DNA from: Anthoceros angustus | Lineage: Eukaryota; Plantae; Anthocerotophyta | Assembly (NCBI GenBank): GCA_010909165.1 | Contig: MU008169.1 | Coordinates: 372,001 to 436,000 of the forward strand | DNA: 64,000 nucleotides | Direction: 5' to 3' | Shown: one piece after another, positions 49,841 to 61,449 of the stretch | Layout: each line of letters opens with the position of its first letter | How positions within the stretch are numbered: position 1 is the first letter of the stretch | Translations under genes and position numbers: made by a program | Notes under the pieces: generated by a model | The model's input: only the letters and a program-made list of their open reading frames with translations | Told to the model about the DNA's origin: nothing | Databases searched by the model: none

Positions 49841-50050
49841 GAAGAAGAAATATATTATAATTCACTTGAATGGAATTTTCCTATAATGAGACTTGGTACT
49901 TAAGGCTTTGCACCATGGTGTGCCTAATGTACTAGCACTAAGGGCATCCACTCGCTCTAGGCACCCCTTCTAAGTACTGATCGAAGTGTAGGATGCTTAA
50001 CAGCCACGTTCTTTTCTTATAAACGTGCGTCTATTTGGCCTAAGCCATTT
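49841..50050 (-). mobile_element. (CTT)n-tailed retroposon, copy 5
   Basis: Reverse complement aaatggcttaggccaaatagacgcacgtttataagaa...taagcatc...gtacttaga...gagtggatgccctt...ggcacaccatggt...taagtaccaagt aligns over about 200 bp with 3846-4065. Confidence 0.8.
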
Positions 50051-51822
50051 AGACAAACTCTACTCGATGTGTATCATAGTGTCATGTTGTCTTTACTTTG
50101 CCCCCATTAACAATCAAAGTGTCATGTTGTCTTTGATTTGCCCCCATTAACAATCGGACGAGTTAGCTCATCACTTGTCCAACCCATCATCTTGCATAGA
50201 TATTTTTCCACATCATCTACAGAAACCATATTTTTATGAAGGAGCTTGAGTAAAGCTTGGTTCCCCATCATATTGCATACATCTTTTTTCATCTCATCTG
50301 TATAATCCATACCTTTATGACCGAGTTTGGGTAAAGTTTGAACCAAGCGCGTTGGCATGTAGAGGTCTATATATTTGCTAGATTTATCTACCAACTCGAC
50401 TAGAGCATGAACGAAGCACGCTACCACATGTAGTGCACCCCATGCAATGTCCAAATATGATCTTTCTCAAAGTCACTAGACACCTTACAAAAGATAACAA
50501 AAACTATTCATTAGATAAGACGTTGCCAACTATTGATTAGATAAAATAAGAGAAACTAAATAACTCTTATTTAGAGTAAGCGATATATATATCCTGCATT
50601 CATGTAATTGAGCCAATCACAAATTTCTCCTCGCAGTTTTGCACTACCTCTAATGTGGTGGAAAACTCCTTTGGTATACTACCGGTAGTAGACCTTTCCT
50701 TTGGGGTAAAGGTATTACCTTTTAGATGATATACTACCGAGAGTAGCTCTTTTGGAGTGGTATACTACCAGGAATAGCCCTATGCTGCTAGACAATTTTA
50801 AACCCCTTAATTTCATCAGACATTGGAAAACGTTTTTAATAAAGGTAGAAGATTATAATAGAGGCAAGAATTACCACTGAGACAAGAATTACAACCCACA
50901 AGGGTTTAGAGTTAATTTTGGGGGAGAATTACAATCCCACAAGGGTTTGGAGTTACTTTGGGGTTACGTCATGCAACCATGCCTTGTCAGCAGGCTCCGT
51001 AACCTAGCTCGAGTATGCTCCCAATTGAGGCTATCTAATCCTTAAAAGCTCTCCCAAAACTTAAATGTTGCTAAAGTTTTATCTTCAGATCTACTTTGCA
51101 TGCAACTCTGCTCTAATGACAGCTACAGGAATGAGAGGGGCCTCCCTTTTCCTCTTTCGCCAACGGGTTTCTATAGCTCTGCAAAAAGCGTCGACTAACG
51201 CTGTTTATGTGTTTATAGGACGGCTACGTGCCCAGGACTAGCGGTTTTTTTAGCACCGGTGGTAGGTAGGCCTTTCATCATCCCTGATCATGATATCATT
51301 GGTACAATAGGTCACGATATCATTGGTACAGTAGGTAGTTACGGGAAAGGTATTTGAGGGGACTAGGACTTCCTCTTTTACCATTAGCCCTTTTTGGGTT
51401 ATTCCTCCTCGGACTGGACTTCTGGGGCATATGGGATTTCCTATCTCGTCTATTAATAATGTCTACTCCTATCTCGTCTATTAATAATATCTACTCTATT
51501 CTCTAATGATCACTCACAGACCTGTTATCAAGTACGTAACTACGTAACAGCACAATTATTCATCACCTGTTTTAGCCTGGGTATTACTTCTAGAGCGTTT
51601 ATCCCTTTCCGGAATCGGGCGCGTACTCTGGCCATTTCGACATAACCAGAAAGGTATACCTACCGAGGCCGAGGCCGGGTAATGGGGCTTATCTTTATTG
51701 TAGCAGACTCGAACCATACCAGGAGCATTCGGGCGACGAGAGCGAGCGCCGAGGCTGTGGAGCGTACGCAGGAGGCTTGGAGTGGTGGAGCTGCCGTGCC
51801 CTTCACGCTCGCCACTCCTGCC

Positions 51823-53551
51823 ATGACGCACCGCGAGGCCTCCCACGCCGGCTCCTGGTACTCCGACAACGGTATGGTATGCGCTGGGATCGTCCCTGCT
51901 CTTGTGCTCACCTCCTGCGTCCTCACCAACTGCTGTTTTGATTCGCTCGCACTTTGTCCAATTTCGCAGCAAGAGAGCTGGCGGAGGAGATCGACATGTG
52001 GCTGACGGCCTCGGCTTTGCCTAAATTGGCGAATGCCCGCGCCGTGATTGCGCCGTGAGGCCAGCTTGCTCTTCTTGAATGTTTGCTGCTTCTGCCGGTG
52101 TGCCGGGAATTAGGTCTCGAGGGAGGCATGCTGATGGATGCGATGATGCGCCGCTCGTGGTAATGCAGTCACGCTGGATATCGCTATTCAGGGCGCTGTG
52201 CTGCTTTCGCGTTTGCGAACATCGAGCCTCGGGGAATGTGAGCAATTGTGCTGGAGTTTCTGTTGTGCTTGTTGTGAGGAAGCGATTGCTGTGGCTGGCT
52301 GGATGTGATGCCGGGCTTGCGAGGGGTGCTGAAGTGGCTGCTGTTGCGTGGGTTGAGACAAGATCGCGTGTTTTCCTGCTTGGGCCGTCGCATCACTACT
52401 TCACTCGGAAATGTGCTCTCTCGAGGGCAACGGTGTACAAGACACCCCTGGGTGACCTGCAGATAGATCAAGAAGGTATTTGTCGTTGTTGGGATGGCTG
52501 AATGGTGGGCCTTTCGTTCTGTAACTGCGGTGCTTGCGCTGTGCCGTTTACTGTGGTGTTGTTGCTTGTGGTAAGGCAGTTTATCGAGAGCTCAAAGCTA
52601 CTGGTAAGTTCGAGGACATGGATCTTAACGTGGATGAGGCAGAGCACAGTATGGAAATGCACCTGCCGTACTTGGCTAGGGTCTTTCGGGGGTATGCTTC
52701 TCCTCCCTCGTGCCAACCTGCGTTGTCTTATTTTCTCTGTCTTGAGAGAGCAGTCCAGGTTGAGGTTGTGCCATTTGAACTGGCAACAGAACCTTGATTG
52801 CTGGATTTTTACAGGTGCCCAGTGAAGATTGTCCCCATTTTAGTGGGCGCGCTCACTTCTGAGAGCGAGGCAGCATACGGGAGACTGCTAGCCAAATATC
52901 TTGATAATCCCGTCAACTTCTTTTCCGTGTCATCGGACTTTTGCCACTGGGGAACAAGGTGATGCAATTTCTGTTCTCTGAAACGTCCTATCTTGTAAGG
53001 TGCACTTTCGAAACATCGAAGGGCTTCACAAAGTGAGGGTGACATGCAGCGCGGGTTTTGTTGGGTGCAGGTTCAACTACACCTACTATGAAAAGAAGCG
53101 GGGTCCAATCTTCAAATCCATAGAGGCTCTGGATCAGAGTGGCATGGATATCATAGAAGAAGGCAATCCCGATGCCTTCAAGGAGTACCTGAATGAGTAT
53201 GACAATACAATATGTGGCCGTCACCCTATTGGAGTATTCCTGCACGTACATCCTCTGGCATTTGCCCCCGTGTTTCCCTTGAGAGCATTTTGCGGCCAGG
53301 CCTCTGTGATGGAGACCGCTGTCAAAAGCATCTCTATCTGCTCACTCTCTCGCTTTTACAAATGCTCTGTTTGTCCTGAAGTTACTCTGGCAATGTTTTA
53401 CCGAAATCTTGGATATGTTTTGCAGATGTCAAAGTCTTGTGTCACAAAGATCCGTATCAAGTTCTTGCAGTATGAGCAATCAAGCCACTGCAAGAGCATG
53501 CGGGACAGCAGCGTCAGCTATGCTTCAGCTGTGGCAACGGTTGAAGCTTAA
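51823..53551 (+). CDS. MEMO1: MEMO1 family protein, multi-exon
   Basis: REASHAGSWY, ARAVIAP|HAGYRYSG, RVFLLGPSHH, YKTPLGDL, DEAEHSMEMHLPY, VSSDFCHWG, NTICGRHPI, YEQSSHC..DSSVSYAS. Confidence 0.96.
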
Positions 53552-53910
53552 CCTTGTGCTACATCGTCAGAGGTACCACTATTCCTTTGTGGGGTCGTCG
53601 GTCGAGTCATTTTCTGGTAGGATGGTGTGAATGAACTCAGTTCACAAGTTAAGGCACAATTCGGACCTCAGATCCGCATTAACCTGGTAGTGAGCACAGA
53701 GGTGGGTTGATTTAGTCATGTACAGATTATCATTCCAGCCTGCCGGCCATGGATCATATCCTAGAAAAGTATTCATGAATTCATGCTAGGGCCAAGGTCG
53801 GGAGACGAACATTGTCTCCCGCAACCAAATGTATAAAAGTGGAATTCACCTAGCCTCATTCATAAAGTACCTTCTCATCCGCTGCTGGTTGGTGGGATAG
53901 CGACTCTTTC

Positions 53911-55412
53911 TTAAGTCTTTCCTACATAGACACTTGCACAGGATGGTCGAAAAGAGTGCATGTTTCGTTGCATCATAAGTTGTGAACATGCCTCCTCACC
54001 GGCATGCAGCCAAGGGAATGAGCCCTGCGCTGCACTGAGGAATCCTTGTTTCAGTTTTCCCATATGCCTAGAAAAAAGGACCTGCTGAGCAGTGACACCA
54101 ACACGGGCTTCTTCATACTCCGTGAGTGCCTTATCAACCTGAAAAAAGCCCCGCTGCCTCAAAGACCTGCCCAGTGCAGATGCATCGAGGATGGACATGT
54201 TGGTGCTCCGAACTCCATGAGGAGAAGTTGGGTGTGCGGCTTCTCCAACAAGGACCACGCGACCCCGAACGAACTGCTTCAACGGCTCTCTGTCGAAGAT
54301 AGCATTCACAAAGGGCGCCGCTGTGCGCCGCATCACCGCAGCCAGCTCTGGCAGCCATGTTCTCTCGGCTTCTTCGTGCATCTGGCTGATCTGGTCTTCA
54401 TCTGCCTTGGCTGTCACAGACTTTCCCTGGAAAATAACCAGAAGCTCAGCACTGAACCTATCTGCTTACCATAACACAGGACGAAGAGGTACAAACCTTC
54501 AACTCAGGCTGTGGCTGGTTCACATACCACAGCCAGTTCAGCCTCTGGTCCGGAAGCATGTACAGAACAGAATGCGTGCCAGGAGCAAGCTCGAAGTAGA
54601 GACGGCGTCCGAGATCGGGATACGCTTCTTTGATGGAGGCGGCCACTTGTGCCACCTCCTTTCCCGAGCAGTCCAGGACACCCCTCCAAGCAGAATACCC
54701 CCGGTAAAGACGCTCATCTTCGTGTGCAAACACAATTCAGCCAAACCATCCAGGAAATATCTGCTCTCAGGAACTGATCAAGAACTGCATGTACCCTGAG
54801 GAAGAAAATGCTGCCGCGTTCGAGACATGGAACCGTCCGCTGCCACCAGCAGGTCACACTCGTACCTTTGGGGTTCCTCGCCATTGCCATCCACCACCAC
54901 TTCCACAGAAACTTCCTGCGAATTGAGCTTAGAAAACGAGACAACCTCGTGACCATACCGCACTAAGCCAGCCGGCAGAGCCTGCAGAAGCATGCGATGC
55001 AGATCGCTCCAATGCAAGGCCCGGTGGCGGAAGCTCTCATCTTTGGCGACCAGGCGCACCTCTTTGGTTACAGTGTCGATTGCCCGGTTCTATGACAAAG
55101 AGTTGCGAGCCTCAGCTGCAGGATGATGCGGAAGGGAAACAAAGTCACATGATCATGGTACCGTAGAGTCACCTGTTCAGAATCCAGGGGTAGGGATTGG
55201 GCAGAGAGGACATCCTGGAGGCCCCAATCAGCGAGAGCGGCACATGCGTCCGGGTCCAAGGCCAGCCCAGCCCCGGCTGCAGTCACAGCTGCTCCAGCCC
55301 TCTCAAGCACCACAACAGAGCAGAATCCTGTTTGGAGCAAGGCGTGAGCGCAGCTCAGCCCCGCAATGCTGCCACCTACCACAACCACTCGCATCTCCTG
55401 TTCGCGCACCAT
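53911..55412 (-). CDS. FAD-dependent monooxygenase (2,6-dihydroxypyridine hydroxylase/PhzS-like), 4 exons
   Basis: Rossmann motif VVVVGGSIAGL, ALHWSDLH, DLLVAADGSMS, GYSAWRG, RLNWLWY, VVLVGEAAHPTSPH..STNMSILDA. Confidence 0.92.
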
Positions 55413-55512
55413 CTCTTCTCAATCTAAATTCCACAGCGCAGCTCAGCCCCGCGAAGGTGCCAGCTACCATAACCACTCGCATCCCCTGTCCCCGCACCAT
55501 CTCTTCTCAATC
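55347..55512 (-). repeat. 88-bp-offset tandem duplication of the monooxygenase start region
   Basis: 55347-55424 is similar to 55435-55512. The upstream copy encodes MVRGQGMRVVMVAGTFAGLSCA versus MVREQEMRVVVVGGSIAGLSCA. Confidence 0.88.
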
Positions 55513-55792
55513 CAGATTCCGTATCGGTGACGTGAAGGTAGTGGAAAAGTACAAACCTTGGGGTCTCGAATGTCGCGCGGAACAAACTTTATTCCTCGCT
55601 CTGCATTAGATACTTGGCGATTCTGCCATACAGGGCTTTCAGCCTTTCAGGTCTCTAACCAGGTGAAGTGACAATATCTGACCCTCGATTGATGCAATAG
55701 GGTGGGACATGTCTCTTTCGTGCGCATGCTGCTTGCAAGACACACTTCAAGAGCTAGGTTAGGTTTGGCTTTCATGTCGGATAACACATCCC

Positions 55793-56644
55793 CTATCCCT
55801 GCTGCCGCCTGCTCATCAGCTCCTTGCCAGCTACCAGGAAAAACGCAGTGTGCCTGCCACGAACGCCAAGTGAATGTCAGAGGGAAGAAACCAGGATTCC
55901 AGCTCAGCAGCAGCTGGTAGTTGTGCGGGATGATATGACGGACCTGAAGAAATTACGCATGCGCGTTTTAGAATCAGCATCTATCTCATTCACACTGTCC
56001 AGAGCTGCGTCCATGTGCTGCAGCCATCGGTGGGCAGCCTGTTCCGTGACAGCGTAGGGGCCGTGTCTCCCAATGAGCGCCGGGTGACCTAAAGCCATGC
56101 ACCAGACAAACATCAGCCCCGCACGGGGCAACGGTCCCTGGGCTTTTCGGAAACGAGCCGGGGAGCCCACAACCTGAGCCTAGAGTCTTTCTCGCTTCGG
56201 CTTCTAGCCCTCGACAAAGCAAGGGGGAAAAAGGCAAGCACCAGTTTCGAGTGTGGATCGGGTTACCTTTCCTTCGCGAGTACAGGGGAGGACCTCCCAT
56301 CCTCTGAATAAAGAACTCGTACTGATTCTGGATGGCATCAGATTTTTTGGAATTGGAGAAGATTGATCGAAATGCCTCATCCTCGTCAGCGTACACCCTG
56401 CAGCCGACAAGCAGTAGACAAGCCTAGCAAATTGAGCATGCGACATGGTGCCAGCTCCAGAACAGCCGTGAGAGGCCGCGCCAGCCGAAGCAGAGATGTA
56501 CCTGTCGTAGAAGTTGGTGGAGAGCTTCACAAACGTTTCATGTCCCAGCTTGTCGTAGAGGCTGGGACTGACGTCATCGATTCCGAATGCATCCTCTTGC
56601 TTCACCCCGCTCCTAATGGAAGCCTGCTCCTGGAGGCTCTGCAT
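55793..56644 (-). CDS. GLB3: Two-on-two (truncated) haemoglobin 3, 4 exons
   Basis: [12 protein letters not shown]...LSTNFYDR|[28 protein letters not shown]|GHPALIGRH...WLQHM...NFFR|HTAFFLVAG. Confidence 0.96.
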
Positions 56645-57949
56645 TGCGGAAAGACACTAGGGCACGCACGCCAAGCTGCACCACCAACCCTCCCCCGGAG
56701 GCTCTCTCTTTTAACGAAGCAGCTTGAAGAGTCGCCAAGTCCTGGGGGTAGTTCACAATGCTCGCGGAAGTCGCCAATGGTCATCAAAACGATCCTGCTC
56801 CTCCGCATATTCAAATGGCATCATGTTTGGGCCTCCATGCGAGTTGTGACAATAAACGCCGTTCTTGAGCCTTCTAAACATGAATCCTCGTAAGGAAACT
56901 AGAAAGGGAGAGACTTTATGTAGAAAGAAAAGAGAGAGAAAAAACATCATATGCACCGAGAAAAACAGGTCAACCCAACATAGGGCACCAGGCCAAGGGG
57001 CCTAACTCCCGTGATCTCTTTCTCACAACTACCTATCGCCCTAAGAATTTTGTGATTGGAGATAAAAGCAAGGGCCTACCTACCACCAGAATCCTCGTCC
57101 GTTTTAGAATGCATATTTAGCTGTTTACCTACATCAAGATAGTATTTTCACAAAGGTATTTCATAATCATGCTTGGATAGAATATAAATTCATATTTTCT
57201 GAAAGTGCTATCCTGATTTTTTCCTTCCCATTTTGCCACTTGCGCATTGAGCTGCCCAAGCTACGATTTCAGAACGTTGGAAGATGAAGCGAGACATCAG
57301 CATGAAAAGAGGAAATCATGGAAGAACTGTATAGTAAGACGATTACCATCAAAATTAGCATCTAGCACCTATGCTTGCATCCAACATCCATCACAAAATA
57401 GCACCGCAGCAACATCCAAATTACCAGCACCATCATTGTTAACCAACCCTTAGCACTAGCAGATTACCACCAACAGCAGTATCCTGCACCAGGTTCAGCG
57501 TCAGCAGATTACCACCTACACAATTATCCTCCACCAGATCCAACATCTAAGATCCACCAGCAGTCTCGCGAGCCATAACATCATAAACATGCACAAAGCC
57601 CTAACAGCCCGACGAATTAGAATGCTAGAACAAGAAGCAGGACATCAACCTGAAAAGAGGAAATTATCCAAGCCCTGTCCAAGACTGGCGGCACAAGAGC
57701 AATAAGAACAACGTGGCACGGCCCTAGGCAAGCGCAGAAAATCACACAATTCTTGAATCCGCACAGGCCTTTAGCGGGAGAGCAGCAAGCAAAAAGAAGT
57801 GCGCACCAACATCCAGGTTATCATGAACATCAGCATCCAACCCAAACCACTAGCACCCGTATATCAACAGAAAATCACTAGCAGCACCATCCTGCAGCAA
57901 ATCTATCCAGCATCCTGCATCCACCACTAGGTTAACACTAGATCACCAT

Positions 57950-59400
57950 CCACAACTGGTTCAGCATCAGCATCCGTCCACCCACGTCGCGTCTCGATTC
58001 CCGCCCATACCGTTCGAACACGTAAAGTTGCATCCCCCCACGCAGCCCTGAGAAGACAAACCTTTGATGACGACGCCTCTAGAGTGTTCCGCTATAGCTG
58101 GTTGCTGCTCAGAATCGTATAACTGCTCTGCCCCGGCGTCACCAAATATGGCCTCCTCTACTCCTATCAACTCCCGTTCTACCTCGTGATACCTGGAGTA
58201 GAAGAGGCTTTAGAAGCCTTAGGAGGGGAGACGGGGGAGGGAGCGGACGGTCGCCCTCGACTTTATGACCTCATCACAGGGCCAAAGTTTGCCGGCCCTA
58301 TGGATGGAGCCGGCAGCTACTCCTCCTTGTCTTCCTCCGGCGCCTTTTCTTCAAGTTGGTCCTCCTCCTCTTTGTCCTCCTCTGGCGCCTTTTCTTCCAC
58401 TTGCACCTCCTTCTCTTCCACCACAATGTTCTTCTCCTTCGCCTCAGTCTTCAAAAGGAAGGCTGCTTAGCTCACAACTTTGCACAGCCTCTTCTCTACC
58501 AAAAGCCCTAAGGCCATGGACTTGGGCACTCATTGAGCGTTATACCTGTTTGGGCATTTCCTATAGATGTGGTATAACAGATCATCTTCGTGCCTCCACT
58601 CCTAAGGTGAGAGCGTGTCCGTGCCTTGCAGTACAAAGCCTATGTTCTCATTTCGGACCTTGCCAAAGGCATCAGACAACACATCATGCCCTTCTAATCT
58701 CTTTTTCAAACCCATCAAAAGCTTGTTATTCTGAACGTTCAAACCTTTCTCGCGAACCCTCCCATCACCATCGTGCCATTTCCATACCCTAGCCCTGAAG
58801 GTAGAAGTATCTCTCAGTTTAGCATCAATGTGGGCAACCCGATCTTGCATAACCTTGGCCTACCGCTTCAAATTGCGATCTTTCTTCGACGATGATTGCT
58901 CCCTAGGAGCCATGGGGACAAGCAGCAGGTAGCACAAGCGGACACGAAGCGAGGAGGGAGAGGGGAGACTTCCACCCATGGGGCCCTCCTTGCACTACAG
59001 AGCCTACTGTCAAAGGCAACTCTCTATTTCTTAGGGAGACTACATGACATAATGAGTTGTGCACGCTTGATGCTGGAATTGTAAATTGTGTTCACCCAGG
59101 TTTTTGACTCGTGAAAACTAGTCGAAAGCCTAGGTGAATCCCATGGTAGTGGCCAAGAGGTGGAGATGATTCGAAGTAGGGCTATCATCCATGGCATCAT
59201 ACTAGTAGAAGTAGAGGATTGGTGGGCCCGAGATGCAATGAGTCGCTCTGCCACCATCTTTGTGATCGAAGATGGGTTGCTTTGTCTGCAATTGCTTTGT
59301 ATCCAGGCACCGTGAATAGACTCAATAGACATTGTGCCCTGCACAACTCTTACACTATTGGCACTGCACAACTATAGTCTGTCAGGTGTTGCGACCTAAC
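57950..59400 (-). other. Decayed coding-like segment of unknown, probably TE-related, origin
   Basis: Stop-interrupted minus-strand frames, including a duplicated acidic EEKAPEEDKEE and a Pro/Ser-rich stretch. No family motif recognised. Confidence 0.25.
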
Positions 59401-61267
59401 AAGCTCATGCCACCATTAGTTTAAAGAACCGCATGGTCCGAAGGTGTAGCCATGGCACAAGAATGACAATGTAACAAGAGTAGACAAGCATAGCAGTACG
59501 GTGATTCGGAAGGCATTCAATCAAATGGACTCCTCCTCACTTTAGGTGAAGAAAGATGGAATTCGCATGTTAATTAGTTTCCGCCCTTCTTTCAAGTAAG
59601 CTAGCCCATGTATACATTAAGCACGGTACGGGGAGAAAGGCTTGCCATTCAAATAGGACCACCAAAAACCAAGTCCAATGTTATAACTTGGTCACAACCC
59701 TACAACACCAGTGTAAATACCATGTTGCAGTCTTAGCCCGACATTGGACCCATAGCCATGTTGCAAGGTAGGGATGTTGAACCCAAAAATGTTAGAAGCT
59801 CTATAACATGGCCCCCTCTTTTCTTGTAGTGTTCTAGCATGTGCCTCAACACCACCTTGTTTCCATCCATTATCCTAAAATGCTCAACCAAAGCTTCAAG
59901 TTTGAACAACACCGAAATATGTGCTAAATGGACTAGAGAGCTGATTTGTGGGTTAATTTTGCATCACACACACCTAAAATTACACCGAATCAACATAATC
60001 TAAGCCCGTCCAATATTCTCATAAAGCATACCACTATAAAGCCCGTCCAATGTGCTCGAAAAGAACAACCGTATAAAATGTCTCGCAAAAGTTAGAGCGA
60101 TGCTAATGTTCTGCCTATTAGTGTACCACAACGACAGGGGCGCGTTGGCCTCCCCTTTCCAACATCGTGGCACATTTCAGGCAACGAGTTTCCATTGCCC
60201 TGGCACATTTCAGACAACGAGTTTCCATCGCCCTGCAAAGGGCGTTGGTCAATACCATCTTTAGGATGATCACGAGTGCTGGAGACACGGCATGGACGAT
60301 ACCAGTGCTAAGCACGCACTTTTCTATCTCGGACGACGACATCTTGGGGGCGGTTGGGAGTGCCCCGGGGCACTAGATAGGATTTCCCATCTCGTTCTTT
60401 TTTGTAAAGTGTCCGCATCCCCCCTTGTCAGCAGGGCAAACCAATGAACAGAACTTCATCTCGTATCGGATGACGCGAGCTGTCCCTGACACGTTTCAGT
60501 TATTCCGCCGCGCGGAAACTGTATCAAAATGTGGCCCTCCCAGAGGCTCCAATTATTGCCGATGTGTGCGCTCATACGACACGTGTCGAACGTATGACCT
60601 CAGAGCAAGATGCCATGCCACCTGCATATTCGGCCGAGTACTGCCTCCGGATTTTGAACAATGCAGGCATAATACCGTCAGTTGCTACTCCCCCGGGGGT
60701 CGGCAATTCGTGGCACTGTAGGTGTGTCGATCCAATCTGTGCCGGGCACTCCCGCTTTGTGGACTTGGCCTCCGCAGCTGGCTTTGCTTTGCGTGCTTGT
60801 GGCGTGGCGTGGCGTGGCGGGCTAGTGTAGAAGGTGCGCGAGAGCTCTCTGTCACGGAATTGGCCAGGTGTTGAGTCGGCGTGGCTTGCGTGCGCGCGGC
60901 GCTTCGCTTCCGGTTTCAGCTCCGCACGCATGCCCTGTCCAAGGCTCTGCTTACGGCGGTGTGGACGTTTCGGCACAATCTGCTGCATGTCCTCGGAGTC
61001 CCGGGGCAAAGCTTCTCGAAGCCTGGGCTCATTTTCGGGCCGCTGAATTCTGCTGGGGGAACTCGGTTCGCCGTGTTTATTGATTGATTAAAGCAGACCG
61101 CCAGCTGCGGTTTGTGGCGGGGCTGTGAGTATACGAGGAGGCGATTAAGTAGCTGAATTGAGTCGCACAGGTTGAGGAGGTTCTACAGCCAGTGTGCTTG
61201 AGCTGGTGCTGGTGAATGTGCCTGTGGAGACGGCCGACGTGAGTGTGTGTTGTGGCAGTCATGCGTC

Positions 61268-61282
61268 GGGTTAGGGTTTAGG
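61268..61282 (-). promoter_or_regulatory. Telo-box-like motif upstream of the phosphoesterase CDS
   Basis: gggttagggtttagg contains the reverse complement of AAACCCTA. Confidence 0.4.
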
Positions 61283-61449
61283 ACACTGACTGTGCTTCGA
61301 GCGAGGAGCCGATTTCCTATGAATTCTCATGGCATGTATTGTAGAGCCGAGCGCACATTTTAGCGAATTTTTTCATTCGGGCTGGTTTCTGGACAGCGAA
61401 TTGTGGCCAGATTGCTTGCCCACGTGCAGGTTTTTCGCAAGAGCTATCC

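Noticed and set aside
50655-51518. Possible solo LTR (tgtggtg...cactcaca) with internal short duplications
   Set aside because: There is no matching target-site duplication and no second copy in the window.
53911-56644. GLB3 plus FAD enzyme as a split flavohaemoglobin or functional cluster
   Set aside because: The FAD protein is an aromatic hydroxylase type, not a ferredoxin-reductase-type module, and adjacency is expected in a gene-dense genome.
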